DNA from: Amoebophrya sp. A120
Lineage: Eukaryota > Protista > Dinoflagellata
Assembly: GCA_905178155.1 (NCBI GenBank)
Contig: CAJINV010000015.1
Location: 271,309 to 335,308 of the forward strand
Length of the DNA stretch: 64,000 bases
Direction: 5' to 3'
Under the pieces are notes generated by a model that had not been told where the DNA came from, did no database searches, and saw only the letters and a list, made by a program, of their open reading frames with translations. Shown here in pieces: positions 63,743 through 64,000 of this stretch; the stretch's first letter is position 1; each line of letters begins with the position of its first letter. The translations under genes and the position numbers were made by a program.

Positions 63743-64000
63743 TATCAAAATGAAAAATCCCTCCTTCCCATATCAAAACGGAAATCTGTGATGCGGGATT
63801 TGTGTACACAAATCGCATTTGTCCTGCAGGGAAGCACTGCGCGCAGATGGCAAGCCCAAGAGGGGGCCTTTTGGTGTAGGGGCCCAGCATGGCAGACGTC
63901 TGCCCTGTAGGCCTTGAAGCATTACAAACCGCCTGCATAATATCGCGGCGGACTCTCTGGATTTGCCTTCTGGCAAGACGGACAGGATTTGTGGTCACAA
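63743..64000. mobile_element. Introner, family E (truncated by window end)
   Basis: Left TIR tatcaaaatgaaaaatccctccttcccatatc and E-type interior. Confidence 0.85.

Overview
Eukaryotic DNA. Almost the whole window reads as ONE giant minus-strand gene whose 5' part lies beyond base 64000. It is interrupted by 71 complete and 1 truncated MITE-like inserts (145-330 bp, plus one of 1336 bp). Nearly all start TAT.., end ..ATA and carry terminal inverted repeats (8 TIR families, which I label A-H). Each complete insert is flanked by a 5-bp target duplication (50/71 perfect; one almost fully decayed). I checked by hand that removing each element plus one 5-bp repeat restores the frame at all 71 junctions. 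Adding one canonical GT-AG intron (49594-50847) and correcting a 97-nt assembly duplication at the N (61128) gives a stop-free ORF of ~42.6 kb (~14,190 codons, 5'-partial). This architecture matches the non-canonical 'introner' introns described in the parasitic dinoflagellate Amoebophrya (Syndiniales); that taxon call is inferred from architecture, not from a database hit. I recognise no protein domain, rRNA, tRNA or CRISPR.
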